Sequence record: NC_079184.1 | Source: Escherichia phage vB_EcoM_DE15 | Length of the DNA: 53,998 nucleotides | Reading direction: 5' to 3' (one strand) | In this document: piece after piece, positions 1-8,432 of the stretch | Numbering within the stretch: the stretch's first letter is position 1 | Layout: each line of letters starts with the position of its first letter | The notes under the pieces: model-generated | Seen by the model: the letters and a program-made list of their open reading frames with translations, nothing else | What the model was told of the DNA's origin: nothing | Database searches by the model: none | Position numbers and translations under genes: made by a program

Positions 1-92
1 CGATTATATGCGAGAAGAGATTCGATGCGTTAGCGTCGTTTCTCTTTGAGCTAGAATAAGACAAGTAAATTAAATATTTATTTATTCCCAAT

Positions 93-390
93 ATTGCTAC
101 AATATTAAGAGTAATATTAGGAATGCGTAAAGTTAAAACCAAATGGTACATGGTCGGTCAACTGTATCTCCTTCGGAGAAGGTACTTGGACCAATCTTCG
201 TTCACGGTCGGTCAGCTGTATCTCGCCGAAATTTGTTCGAACAGAAGTCCGACTATGAAATAATTTTTTTATAATTTTTTTTTTATTTTTCAATATTGCT
301 ACAGAATTAATGAGACTAGAATTCGTAACAAAGCTACGAGACTCGAATTGTTTCAATATTAACGAGACTCAATCTGTGACAATATTATAA
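93..390. repeat. Repeat-rich non-coding leader: direct repeats GGTCGGTCA(A/G)CTGTATCTC at 152-170 and 206-224; three GAGACT(A/C)(G/A)AAT copies at 312, 338, 364 with 26-nt spacing; poly-A/T tract 250-290; palindromic CAATATTG octamers
   Basis: Read directly from sequence; no + strand ORF in 1-651. Confidence 0.6.
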
Positions 391-567
391 TTTTATTTTT
401 GGGACGGCGAGGAGGGGAAGCCCAACGTCCTATCGGACTTAAAATACGGTCCCTACCCCAACTTTTTCCTACAGCCTATCGGCTTTCAAACAACACCAAG
501 TTAGGCGCTTCGCTTATGGGTCAAGGTCAAAGTCTCCGTGCTGTTGTAACAATGGCACAGGTTTGTG

Positions 568-588
568 ATATTAGTTGGACGTGAATTG
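568..588 (+). promoter_or_regulatory. Phage promoter-like motif (ATTAGTTGG core) upstream of the RNA polymerase gene
   Basis: Copy of the recurring 20-nt motif ACATTAGTTGGAT(A/T)TGAA; here ATATTAGTTGGACGTGAATTG. Confidence 0.4.
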
Positions 589-651
589 TGTAATGGCTAC
601 GCTATTATAATCCGTTTCAGTTAAATCATACACAATCTTGGAGACTTACAA

Positions 652-2592
652 ATGACTACTATCACCACTCAAACTATCAAATCCGTTGTTCCTGCTATCA
701 CTGCTCTGGTATACCGTGCCAAAGAGAAACAGAACTATATGCAGCCTCAGACTTGTGCTATTGCTGCCTTAGCCATCTTCAAGATGATGACGTCTTTCAC
801 TCGTGATGACGTTGTCCCTGCCATCGCGATGGTTGAACTGGCTTCTGCTTCTATTGCTGATGCCAACCGTTATAACAACGATTTGAAAGCAATGCACTAT
901 GTTGACCCAGCTATCAACCTCATTGGTCTGGCTAAGCACTTTGGCTTCATCACCATGAACGAAGACAAGTCATTCCAACAGACTGACACATGGGTTGAAC
1001 TGGTTACAACCAAAGACACCGCAGTGCCATTCACTGAGCGTGTTACATCTGAATCTCGTCGCAAGCCTTTCGTTAAAGGTGGCAAAGTTAAGCCATCCAA
1101 AACTCTGAAAGCTGCAATCGAATTCCTGCAAGATACTGAGTACCATGTGGAGACTGAGATGGTTCGCATCATCCAGTCCATGCTTGAGCAACGTACTTAT
1201 GGTGGCTTGCAGATGCCAGAAGCAATCCAGACTGAACTTCATGTTTGGAACAATGCTGTAGCAATGATGAATCAGGACACACTGTATTCTGACTACTTTG
1301 CTGACAACCGTGGTCGCCTGTATCATGTAGCATGTGCTGGTCCTAACCCACAATCTTCTGACTTTGCTCGTTGCTTGTATTCTCACAATGTTGAGAACAT
1401 CGTTAAGAAGTTTAACGAAGATGGTTCTACTACCATTGCATACAATATGTTCATGGCAGAACTGGAAGACATTTCCGGTGGTGAATGGTGCACTGCCAAG
1501 CGTTTGACTTATGTTGCTCAGAATCCAGCTGGTTCACTTGCTCGCATGATGAACATGCCTAAAGCTGAACGTCCTTCCAAGCCATTCACTTATGTTCGTC
1601 TGGCTCTGGATTGGTTCAAGTTTGAGACTACAGGTGAATGCGATTCTCGTGTAGGCTTTGGCTTAGATGCTAAATGTTCTGGTACTCAATATCTGGCATT
1701 CATTGCTGGCAATATGGAAATGGCTCGTGCAACAGGTCTGGTTGATTCTGAGACTAAAGCATCTGACCCATACCAGTTGAGTCTTCGTGAACTGTTGAAG
1801 CTGTTGGACAAGTCTTCAATGAAACCATCTCCTGAAATCATGGATGAATTCTTGAATCCGAAAGCTGGTCGTAAGTTTATCAAAACTCCGTACATGGCTA
1901 TTCAATATGGTGGTGGTAAAGCTGCACTAACTGGTTCATCTGACTTCATCAGCTACATGACGGAAGCTCTCCAGATTCCTATGGAGAAAGCTGAGGCATT
2001 TGCTGAACTGTGTGTAGAAGCAATCCATAACGCATTGGGTGCTAAGATTAACATGTTCATTGAGAAAGCTGCTGAGGCTGCATACAACCGTTGTGTTGAA
2101 CTCAACAAAGAGTACATCACATATCGTCACACTGATGGTCAGGTTGTAATGAAGCCTTGCTTCCCATCTCGTGAAATCTGTGAGGCATTCAGCATTCGTG
2201 TTGACAGCCAAACTCGTGTTATCTTTGGTCAGATTCAGGAGAATAAGCCTTGGACCATTCGTGAATCCAACCCAACTAAAGAAGAATTCAAGCGTACTTT
2301 CGTTGTTAACTACATTCAAGGTATTGACGCATTGGTTGCTCGTACTGTTGCAGTTAAAGCTAAAGAAGCTGGTCTTCGTGGTTTCACTTCAATCCACGAT
2401 TGTTTCCGTTGCTGTTTGGCAGATGCTCCACGTATGATGGAAGTTATTCGTGCAGCATATGTTGAAATCTTTGTAACCAACAATCAATTCGAGAATCTGT
2501 CTAAGCAACTTGGTGGCATTCAGATGTATCATGAGAACATCGTAACTGAAGAACTCCTGATGTCTGAACACGCTTACTACTTCTGTCAATAA
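652..2592 (+). CDS. Single-subunit (T7-type) DNA-dependent RNA polymerase, compact 646-aa form
   Basis: Motif A GLDAKCSGTQY (T7 DGSCSGIQH), motif B RKFIKTPYMAIQYGG (T7 RxxxKxxxxxxYG), motif C IHDCF (T7 HDSFG); only ~130 aa precede the palm region. Confidence 0.8.
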   Translation: MTTITTQTIKSVVPAITALVYRAKEKQNYMQPQTCAIAALAIFKMMTSFTRDDVVPAIAMVELASASIADANRYNNDLKAMHYVDPAINLIGLAKHFGFITMNEDKSFQQTDTWVELVTTKDTAVPFTERVTSESRRKPFVKGGKVKPSKTLKAAIEFLQDTEYHVETEMVRIIQSMLEQRTYGGLQMPEAIQTELHVWNNAVAMMNQDTLYSDYFADNRGRLYHVACAGPNPQSSDFARCLYSHNVENIVKKFNEDGSTTIAYNMFMAELEDISGGEWCTAKRLTYVAQNPAGSLARMMNMPKAERPSKPFTYVRLALDWFKFETTGECDSRVGFGLDAKCSGTQYLAFIAGNMEMARATGLVDSETKASDPYQLSLRELLKLLDKSSMKPSPEIMDEFLNPKAGRKFIKTPYMAIQYGGGKAALTGSSDFISYMTEALQIPMEKAEAFAELCVEAIHNALGAKINMFIEKAAEAAYNRCVELNKEYITYRHTDGQVVMKPCFPSREICEAFSIRVDSQTRVIFGQIQENKPWTIRESNPTKEEFKRTFVVNYIQGIDALVARTVAVKAKEAGLRGFTSIHDCFRCCLADAPRMMEVIRAAYVEIFVTNNQFENLSKQLGGIQMYHENIVTEELLMSEHAYYFCQ

Positions 2593-2600
2593 GAGAAACA

Positions 2601-2630
2601 GGGCTGGCAATAGCTGGCCCTATTCTTGTT
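2601..2630 (+). terminator. Hairpin (8-bp stem incl. 2 GU, AATA loop) followed by T-rich run after the RNAP gene
   Basis: GGGCTGGC-AATA-GCTGGCCC then TATTCTTGTT. Confidence 0.4.
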
Positions 2631-2693
2631 CATCAACAACTAAATCCCAATATTCAAGCAATATTGCTGCATGTAATATTGCTCCGATATTCG

Positions 2694-2714
2694 ACATTAG
2701 TTGGATATGAAGTA
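2694..2714 (+). promoter_or_regulatory. Phage promoter-like motif ACATTAGTTGGATATGAAG
   Basis: Member of recurring 20-nt motif family. Confidence 0.4.
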
Positions 2715-3670
2715 AAAGAATACGGAGAAATATTCCGCATGTCATGTTGAATCATTCTAGAAACATTCAGCATGTCAGCTTTGAGTTACAGCGTTGTAAT
2801 GATGTGGCAATCATTGAACTCCCTGGGAAGGCCACCTATAGTTCCAGCAACCATGACTTAGAGTAGGAATATCTATCCGAAACTTGGACTTCATTGTAGT
2901 TTGGTGTGCTTCATCGTGAGAAAGGTTGTGATAACTTTCGTAAGCAGGTGTTGAACTAACAACAGAACATCGTGTTAGCCATCTTGATTAAGTTACAAGA
3001 AAGTCAACAAATCAGCATGTCTATTAGTAACAATCTTGTTCCTTCTCCTATTATCAAGGCCCACCCACAAGCCGGGAGATAACTTTGACAAGACTGGAAC
3101 TTTTGGACATGCTTCTTTCTTTCTACAAGAATTCGAAAGAAGAGAAGAGTCGGAGCAAAGCCGCGAAACTAATCCCGTAGCCCGCCCCCGATTTTGAGCA
3201 ACAAATATTGTGACAATTGCGTCGCAGTATGGCATGTAAATATTGCTACAAATTGGCATGTTGGAATGTGGCAGAATTGTTAGAGGACTAATCACCTCGA
3301 AGATACAATCGTCTACCAATCTGGCATGTTAATTTTGTAACAGTATTTGTGCCAATTTCGCATGTAATAGTTGTATCAGTATTGACCCAATATTCTTGCA
3401 ACCCGCATGAATACTGGCTTCCAGCCAAGCGAAGGCTTTATCATCGCATGTAATATTGTGACAATATTGGGATAAAACCCTTTATTTAAATCATTTAGTT
3501 TATTAATTAAATGGTCGGTTTTCTGTACATAGGTATTCAACTGTTTGTGCCAAATACAAACAAGTTGGCTGCTTCTACAGAACTCCAGTGCTACAAATGT
3601 TCGTGCCAATCTGCTGCAATTTATCTCATTTGGCGGGGTAATATTGTATTAGGTTGGTACGTCATTATTT

Positions 3671-3692
3671 CGATTAGTTGCATGTGAATAAG
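3671..3692 (+). promoter_or_regulatory. Phage promoter-like motif variant GATTAGTTGCATGTGAATAAG
   Basis: Member of recurring motif family, one core substitution. Confidence 0.3.
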
Positions 3693-3964
3693 ACCAAATC
3701 TCTGTAAATTCTGTGACAGATTTTAGAGAGATTATGTCTCCAAGCTAATCATTGTAGTTCTTCGGCACTTAATGTGTCACATATATAGCCTGTGAAAAAC
3801 GTGTGGTTTATTGCTGGATTGCAACGCGCCCACCAGACTAGGGAGTCCGTGATGGCGGCACACAGGAATACTATATAACTCCCTACAACTTTAAGGTGGA
3901 TTGAGGTAAGACAAGACCTCCACAATCGTTCTGTAGGGAGTTTTCTTTAACTTGGGAGAATAAA

Positions 3965-4213
3965 ATGGATACTGTGACTAAAGCTGCTTACTTTAAAGAC
4001 TTGTCAGATGGTCAAATATTTTCTATTCGCTCTGTAAAGTGGATTAAAGTAAATGAATCAGACAAGTACAATGCTGTAAAGTTCTTTGATTCAAGCAAGG
4101 CATGTACTTTTAGTGACAATATTGTTGTAAATATTGAAGTCGAATTAGAGCCAGATGATTCAAATGATGAAATCATTCTGCGTAAAACTGTTGGATACAC
4201 TAAAGGATTCTGA
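3965..4213 (+). CDS. Hypothetical early protein (82 aa)
   Basis: ORF with GGGAG RBS upstream of ATG. Confidence 0.5.
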   Translation: MDTVTKAAYFKDLSDGQIFSIRSVKWIKVNESDKYNAVKFFDSSKACTFSDNIVVNIEVELEPDDSNDEIILRKTVGYTKGF

Positions 4214-4214
4214 A

Positions 4215-4445
4215 ATGGATTATGCACTGTATCACTATATAAGCAGGACTGGGCTTGTTCGTCACGCTTTGGTCAACATTAAAACCAAAGACATACTGTT
4301 GGCTGGCTTGTCAATTTACGAAAACAATTTAGTATGGAAACGTGCTGTACATCCTGGACATGTTTGGGATGTAATTCAGTCTGACAAATACCACAAAATT
4401 GTTGCAATGGCTAACCGACCAGAGCACATCAAGCCGAGGAAATAA
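4215..4445 (+). CDS. Hypothetical early protein (76 aa; ORF track gives 4155 start)
   Basis: ATG at 4215 directly after upstream stop; tight gene packing. Confidence 0.4.
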   Translation: MDYALYHYISRTGLVRHALVNIKTKDILLAGLSIYENNLVWKRAVHPGHVWDVIQSDKYHKIVAMANRPEHIKPRK

Positions 4446-4447
4446 TC

Positions 4448-4636
4448 ATGGACTTCATCGTCTACTTTAAGTTAAATGGTGTAGAGCAAAGTTTGTACTT
4501 CAATTCTTTACTTCGTTTGCAACAGTGGGCGGAGAAGTTTGTTGGTTACGACTTTGATTACATCAATGCATGTACAACTGACGAACATGAGGAAATCGTG
4601 TTCAGTTCTTTAAATCAAATTCTGGAGGCCAAGTGA
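4448..4636 (+). CDS. Hypothetical early protein (62 aa)
   Basis: ORF, ATG start, packed with neighbours. Confidence 0.45.
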   Translation: MDFIVYFKLNGVEQSLYFNSLLRLQQWAEKFVGYDFDYINACTTDEHEEIVFSSLNQILEAK

Positions 4637-4824
4637 AGAGCAAGATTCTTAAGTCAGCAATGTATAATCTGCATTTCGGACTCAGCTACCCTACAGTAAA
4701 GCGTCAAGAGAAACGATTTTCACGACTACCTGCACGGACTGTTGCCAAAGAGGTTAAGAAGGCGAGCGAGATTCTAAAGTTCGTTATGTGGAAACGTGTT
4801 GTATTAACTCCGGAGACCAAATGA
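4633..4824 (+). CDS. Hypothetical early protein (63 aa, GTG start)
   Basis: ORF in track; start uncertain. Confidence 0.35.
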   Translation: MKSKILKSAMYNLHFGLSYPTVKRQEKRFSRLPARTVAKEVKKASEILKFVMWKRVVLTPETK

Positions 4825-5087
4825 GCCAGTTTAAGTTAAAAGCAGATTTAATCGAGTTGGCCTCTTATGAAGAGAAAATCGAATTCATCCAAGAACGTTT
4901 GGTTGTCAACTACGGTGGTTGGATTGATGTTTCTACAAATGAGTTGGTGGTTCGTATCAAGGAAGAGTTTGGTATTGAAATCACTAACAAACAGTTTTAT
5001 GAAGATGTTCTCACAGATAAAGTTATTCGAGGCATCACAAACAATTTCATGTCCAGCTTTATGGAAGGTGGGCCACGTTTAAAATGA
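4821..5087 (+). CDS. Hypothetical early protein (88 aa; ORF track gives 4788 start)
   Basis: ATG 4821 in frame of ORF 4788..5087. Confidence 0.4.
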   Translation: MSQFKLKADLIELASYEEKIEFIQERLVVNYGGWIDVSTNELVVRIKEEFGIEITNKQFYEDVLTDKVIRGITNNFMSSFMEGGPRLK

Positions 5088-5248
5088 AGAAGCTCAAATA
5101 TATGACCAAAACGGTTACATATATGGCTATGTATGGTGCTTCAAAGCGTAAGGCTAAGAAATTGGCAAGAGCTGCAAATCCTCGTATGCCAGCACGTAAA
5201 GTGGCCAAAATCGTTAATCTGGTATTTGGCAATTGGAGTATTAAGTGA
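5084..5248 (+). CDS. Small basic protein (54 aa)
   Basis: ATGA overlap with upstream stop; translation MKKLKYMTKTVTYMAMYGASKRKAKKLARAANPRMPARKVAKIVNLVFGNWSIK. Confidence 0.3.
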   Translation: MKKLKYMTKTVTYMAMYGASKRKAKKLARAANPRMPARKVAKIVNLVFGNWSIK

Positions 5249-5427
5249 ATTATGAGAATCTGCTATTAAGAACTAGTGGTGGGATGCTCATACTGACCAC
5301 ACCTGAGTTTCATTTCACAAGGGTATACTCCGAAGAATTTAAATCCTGGTTCCCAGCAAATCTAAAAACACGATGGCTTAAAGATTGTGTGCCTGTTGGG
5401 AAGAATGTAAAGCTAAGGAGTAAATAA
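5245..5427 (+). CDS. Hypothetical protein (60 aa, GTG start)
   Basis: ORF in track only. Confidence 0.25.
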   Translation: MNYENLLLRTSGGMLILTTPEFHFTRVYSEEFKSWFPANLKTRWLKDCVPVGKNVKLRSK

Positions 5428-5600
5428 TGAACGACCAGCAATTCAACACATTCATGCAGCAAATTAATCATCAAGAACTGATGGATGCCATTAAAGGCAA
5501 GAAGCCAGTCGAACGTCAATATCGTAAAATTGATAATTATATGCCAACAATCATTGCATGTGTTGGTGTTGCTATTGTTCTCTACTTCCTGGTGAAATAA
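5427..5600 (+). CDS. Small protein with C-terminal transmembrane segment (57 aa)
   Basis: AAGGAG RBS 5415-5420; hydrophobic C-terminus TIIACVGVAIVLYFLV. Confidence 0.4.
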   Translation: MNDQQFNTFMQQINHQELMDAIKGKKPVERQYRKIDNYMPTIIACVGVAIVLYFLVK

Positions 5601-5686
5601 TGTCGATTGCTAAGAAACTGTTATTCTGTATCGTAATGTTCCCTATGGTGCTGCTCGTTGTGGGCAGCTTCATGTACTTAAACTAA
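5600..5686 (+). CDS. Very small membrane peptide (28 aa)
   Basis: TAATG overlap; MSIAKKLLFCIVMFPMVLLVVGSFMYLN. Confidence 0.3.
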   Translation: MSIAKKLLFCIVMFPMVLLVVGSFMYLN

Positions 5687-5695
5687 GGTAATTAA

Positions 5696-6004
5696 ATGGC
5701 TTCTTTACTCGAATTCTCAAATATTGCAAATGTTGCTAAGAATTCTATTCCGGAAAATCCGGACGTAATTGCGTACATGCGTGTTGATGTAAGTTTGTTA
5801 GCTTTTGTAATGGACCACATCAACCTTGTTGAAGCGCAGTTATCTCAGTCTTACGAAACAGTTGACACTCTTCGTGGACTTCGTACAGCAGAGCAACAGG
5901 CTTATGCTGACCTCATGGAGCAAAAGAACAAGCTCCAAGAACAACTGGCAGACGCACTTCAACAAATTGAAGACATGAAGCCACCAGCAGAATCAACCAA
6001 ATAA
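5696..6004 (+). CDS. Hypothetical protein with coiled-coil C-terminus (102 aa)
   Basis: ORF with RBS. Confidence 0.5.
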   Translation: MASLLEFSNIANVAKNSIPENPDVIAYMRVDVSLLAFVMDHINLVEAQLSQSYETVDTLRGLRTAEQQAYADLMEQKNKLQEQLADALQQIEDMKPPAESTK

Positions 6005-6022
6005 TCAAACTTAGGAGTTGTT

Positions 6023-6283
6023 ATGGCTACCAAAACAGGCATGATGATTGTCCCAAGCCGTAATAACTCTTTAAGCGGCTTTACACCATATAAAATCTAC
6101 GAAGTGATTTCTGGCACTGGTGAAGCAAACCTGTCAGAAGTTGCTTTGAAGTTGGGCCGTATGGTCCACTCCGAAATCTCCTGTAACGTAGTTGATGATG
6201 AAGGTAAAATCCGTTTTGTAACAATGGATTTCTTTCGTGAATTTAACCTCAAATCTGAATTAGGAGTCCTGTATCATGAATGA
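6023..6283 (+). CDS. Hypothetical protein (86 aa)
   Basis: ORF with GGAG RBS. Confidence 0.5.
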   Translation: MATKTGMMIVPSRNNSLSGFTPYKIYEVISGTGEANLSEVALKLGRMVHSEISCNVVDDEGKIRFVTMDFFREFNLKSELGVLYHE

Positions 6284-6464
6284 GGATGATGATGATGTTG
6301 TTTGCCCGAAGTGTGGCAGCAATAACGTAGACCATGTAGCACACGAAGCAGTGGGAATGTATGGTCCCGTAGTTCTGGACAGTGCATTCTGTGTAGATTG
6401 TGGTTTAAACATTTATCATGGAAAACTTATAGACAATAGTGGGAATATCCCGCCAAAAGGATAA
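6276..6464 (+). CDS. Small zinc-ribbon protein (CPKCG...CVDCG)
   Basis: Two CxxC pairs. Confidence 0.45.
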   Translation: MNEDDDDVVCPKCGSNNVDHVAHEAVGMYGPVVLDSAFCVDCGLNIYHGKLIDNSGNIPPKG

Positions 6465-6466
6465 TC

Positions 6467-6694
6467 ATGAAATTTAAATGTGTTGCTTCAACCAAAGATT
6501 ATGTTCCAGTTGGCTTCATCGTTGAAGGTGAAGCTATCTCACCTTTGGAATTTAAAGTGACCAAATCGGCTGAGAGTGTTTCTCCAGCATTTCGTAAAGG
6601 TGCTGTAGTGCCTATGAATGGTACATTCTGGACATGGCAGCGCGACCATGAAGCAGAATTTGCAGACATTTGTGAACAAGGTTTATTGCAATGA
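6467..6694 (+). CDS. Hypothetical protein, paralog A (75 aa)
   Basis: N-terminus MKFKCVASTK..., shares KFKCV.ST and W.W pattern with next gene. Confidence 0.5.
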   Translation: MKFKCVASTKDYVPVGFIVEGEAISPLEFKVTKSAESVSPAFRKGAVVPMNGTFWTWQRDHEAEFADICEQGLLQ

Positions 6695-6921
6695 CAAAGT
6701 TTAAATGTGTGAAATCAACCTCTTCATCTGAACATACTCCGAAAGTTGGGGATGTGATTGAGGGAGAACTTATCCACATACAGAGAAGACACGGAACAGA
6801 CACTCGAATAGTTATTTCGAATGTTGGAAACCGAATGGCTGCAAACGGAAGGCCATATTGGAACATTGGTGAAAAGGTTCCGCTAAAAGGTAGTGTCTGG
6901 TCCTGGGAAGAAGTTAAATAA
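6691..6921 (+). CDS. Hypothetical protein, paralog B (76 aa)
   Basis: N-terminus MTKFKCVKST...; tandem duplicate of previous gene. Confidence 0.5.
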   Translation: MTKFKCVKSTSSSEHTPKVGDVIEGELIHIQRRHGTDTRIVISNVGNRMAANGRPYWNIGEKVPLKGSVWSWEEVK

Positions 6922-6984
6922 TTTCCTCAACCACTTTTGTAATGAGAGTGGTTGCTGAATATTATTAATTAACTTGGAGCATTT

Positions 6985-7275
6985 ATGAAACAACGTACTC
7001 GTTTACAACGTGACCCAGCCACAGGTCGCATGTTGCCAGCATACTTGAAAGTTGGTGACTTGGTTTACACTCGCGACTTTGCTTTTGACATTTGCCCAAG
7101 CAAAGCATATGAAGTTCTTGCCACCAGCTTGTCTGGTCCTAAAGTAATATTTGGTGCACTTGAGCCAATCCAGTTAACCGGAACTCAGTTTGTCATTAAA
7201 GACGAATCTGGTTGCAACCGAATCTTCAATCTTGAAGGAGGTTTATCCAAATGGGAGAAGGTGAAGCGTGGGTAA
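6985..7275 (+). CDS. Hypothetical protein (96 aa)
   Basis: ORF with RBS. Confidence 0.5.
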   Translation: MKQRTRLQRDPATGRMLPAYLKVGDLVYTRDFAFDICPSKAYEVLATSLSGPKVIFGALEPIQLTGTQFVIKDESGCNRIFNLEGGLSKWEKVKRG

Positions 7276-7501
7276 GAATTATATCGAAATGTTTAAGCGA
7301 TTGTCTGTAAATGGGCAGGAGTTCTTGTTAAACGATGCAAGACAAGATATTGAATTGTCTGACAAGTATTCTTATTTTGCCCAAAAGACAATTGTGAAGT
7401 GGACATTCTCTTACATGTCCGCCAGTATTCCAGGAGAAACGCTCGTAATTAGCGGTTCTGGAGATTCAGTTTTAGCAGCTTTGGAGAAACTAAAGCAATG
7501 A
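7268..7501 (+). CDS. Hypothetical protein (77 aa)
   Basis: ORF. Confidence 0.4.
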   Translation: MGKNYIEMFKRLSVNGQEFLLNDARQDIELSDKYSYFAQKTIVKWTFSYMSASIPGETLVISGSGDSVLAALEKLKQ

Positions 7502-7785
7502 ACAAGAATTCAATTTTGCGTTATGTTGGTAAAACAAACTACAACTTTACCAACGGTAAGAAATACAAAATCGTCGCAGGTCGTGGTGACGGGGTTCCTC
7601 GCAACAACGGTACACTCGGTGCGTATATTCAATCTCCTTTGGGTTTTGTCGTTAATGATGATAACAGCAATTTATGTTATCGTACATTCTCCGATAATTG
7701 GGAACTTGTGAAAGATTCTGGTGAAGTTAGTTGGTATAAACCTGAATCAACAATCGACCCAATTCCTATTTCAAAATCTATGTGA
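7498..7785 (+). CDS. Hypothetical protein (95 aa)
   Basis: ORF. Confidence 0.45.
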   Translation: MNKNSILRYVGKTNYNFTNGKKYKIVAGRGDGVPRNNGTLGAYIQSPLGFVVNDDNSNLCYRTFSDNWELVKDSGEVSWYKPESTIDPIPISKSM

Positions 7786-7826
7786 TTAACAATGGGCATC
7801 TTCTGTAGGTGTCCATGATTAATCCA

Positions 7827-7848
7827 ACATTAGTTGAATGTGAATAAC
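7827..7848 (+). promoter_or_regulatory. Phage promoter-like motif ACATTAGTTGAATGTGAATAAC
   Basis: Motif family member 18 nt upstream of next gene. Confidence 0.45.
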
Positions 7849-7865
7849 AACTACTGGAGCAGATT

Positions 7866-8306
7866 ATGCCAATCGTATTCGAAGGTAAGGCCAACGTATT
7901 TACTGTGGATGCACAAACTGTAACTTGTACTGTGAATGTTGTTGGTGTAATGGGTGCTGGTGTTGCAAAAGAGTACAAACGTCGCTACCCAGAGGCATTT
8001 AAGAACTACAGAACTGCGTGTAATCGTGGGTTCAAAACTGGACAATTGTTGCTGCAACGTCTTAATGATGGGCGTCTTGGACTATGTTTCCCAACAAAGC
8101 AACATTGGCAAAATCCTTCTCAACTTGAATGGATTGAGCAAGGTCTTATTAAGCTGGTGGAAACTTACAAGCGGTGTGGAATCACTTCACTTGCAATAAC
8201 CCCACTTGGTTGTGCAAATGGGCAGTTGGATTATGCTACTCAAGTTCGTCCACTTATGCTTAAATATTTAAATCAGTTGGATATTCCAGTATTCATCTGC
8301 AAATGA
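7866..8306 (+). CDS. Macro-domain protein (ADP-ribose binding/hydrolase-like)
   Basis: NVVGVMGAGVAKEY resembles the macro N-x(5)-G-G-G-V loop; SLAITPLGCANGQLD resembles the second glycine loop. Confidence 0.55.
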   Translation: MPIVFEGKANVFTVDAQTVTCTVNVVGVMGAGVAKEYKRRYPEAFKNYRTACNRGFKTGQLLLQRLNDGRLGLCFPTKQHWQNPSQLEWIEQGLIKLVETYKRCGITSLAITPLGCANGQLDYATQVRPLMLKYLNQLDIPVFICK

Positions 8307-8342
8307 TTATCAGGGTGCATTTACGAGTGTACCCGAATAATC

Positions 8343-8363
8343 CAATTAGTTGGATTTGAAGAG
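8343..8363 (+). promoter_or_regulatory. Phage promoter-like motif CAATTAGTTGGATTTGAAGAG
   Basis: Motif family member. Confidence 0.45.
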
Positions 8364-8432
8364 ACAAAGCTATTCCGTGGTTAGCAATGTCACTGAAACT
8401 TAAACTGTAATTAACTTAAGAGAATCTTAATC

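Larger units (their letters stand above)
2640..3700. repeat. Non-coding array of at least 8 copies of a GCATGT(A)AATATTG-like motif with interspersed CAATATTG palindromes
   Basis: Copies near 2667, 3228, 3254, 3311, 3356, 3402, 3444, 3676; no convincing ORF on the + strand between 2593 and 3964. Confidence 0.55.

Noticed and set aside
117-356. 79-aa minus-strand ORF in the leader (EIQLTD repeated)
   Set aside because: Its repeats are the translation of the DNA direct repeats; the region is better explained as non-coding repeat DNA.
2993-3609. Minus-strand ORFs 2993..3319 and 3376..3609 in the repeat array
   Set aside because: Low-complexity translations generated by the GCATGT/AATATTG repeats; no start context.
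2640-3700. Sigma-54 promoter interpretation of the TGGCATG...TTGC motifs
   Set aside because: GG-to-GC spacing is 12 nt in the best copies, not the required 10, and is inconsistent between copies.
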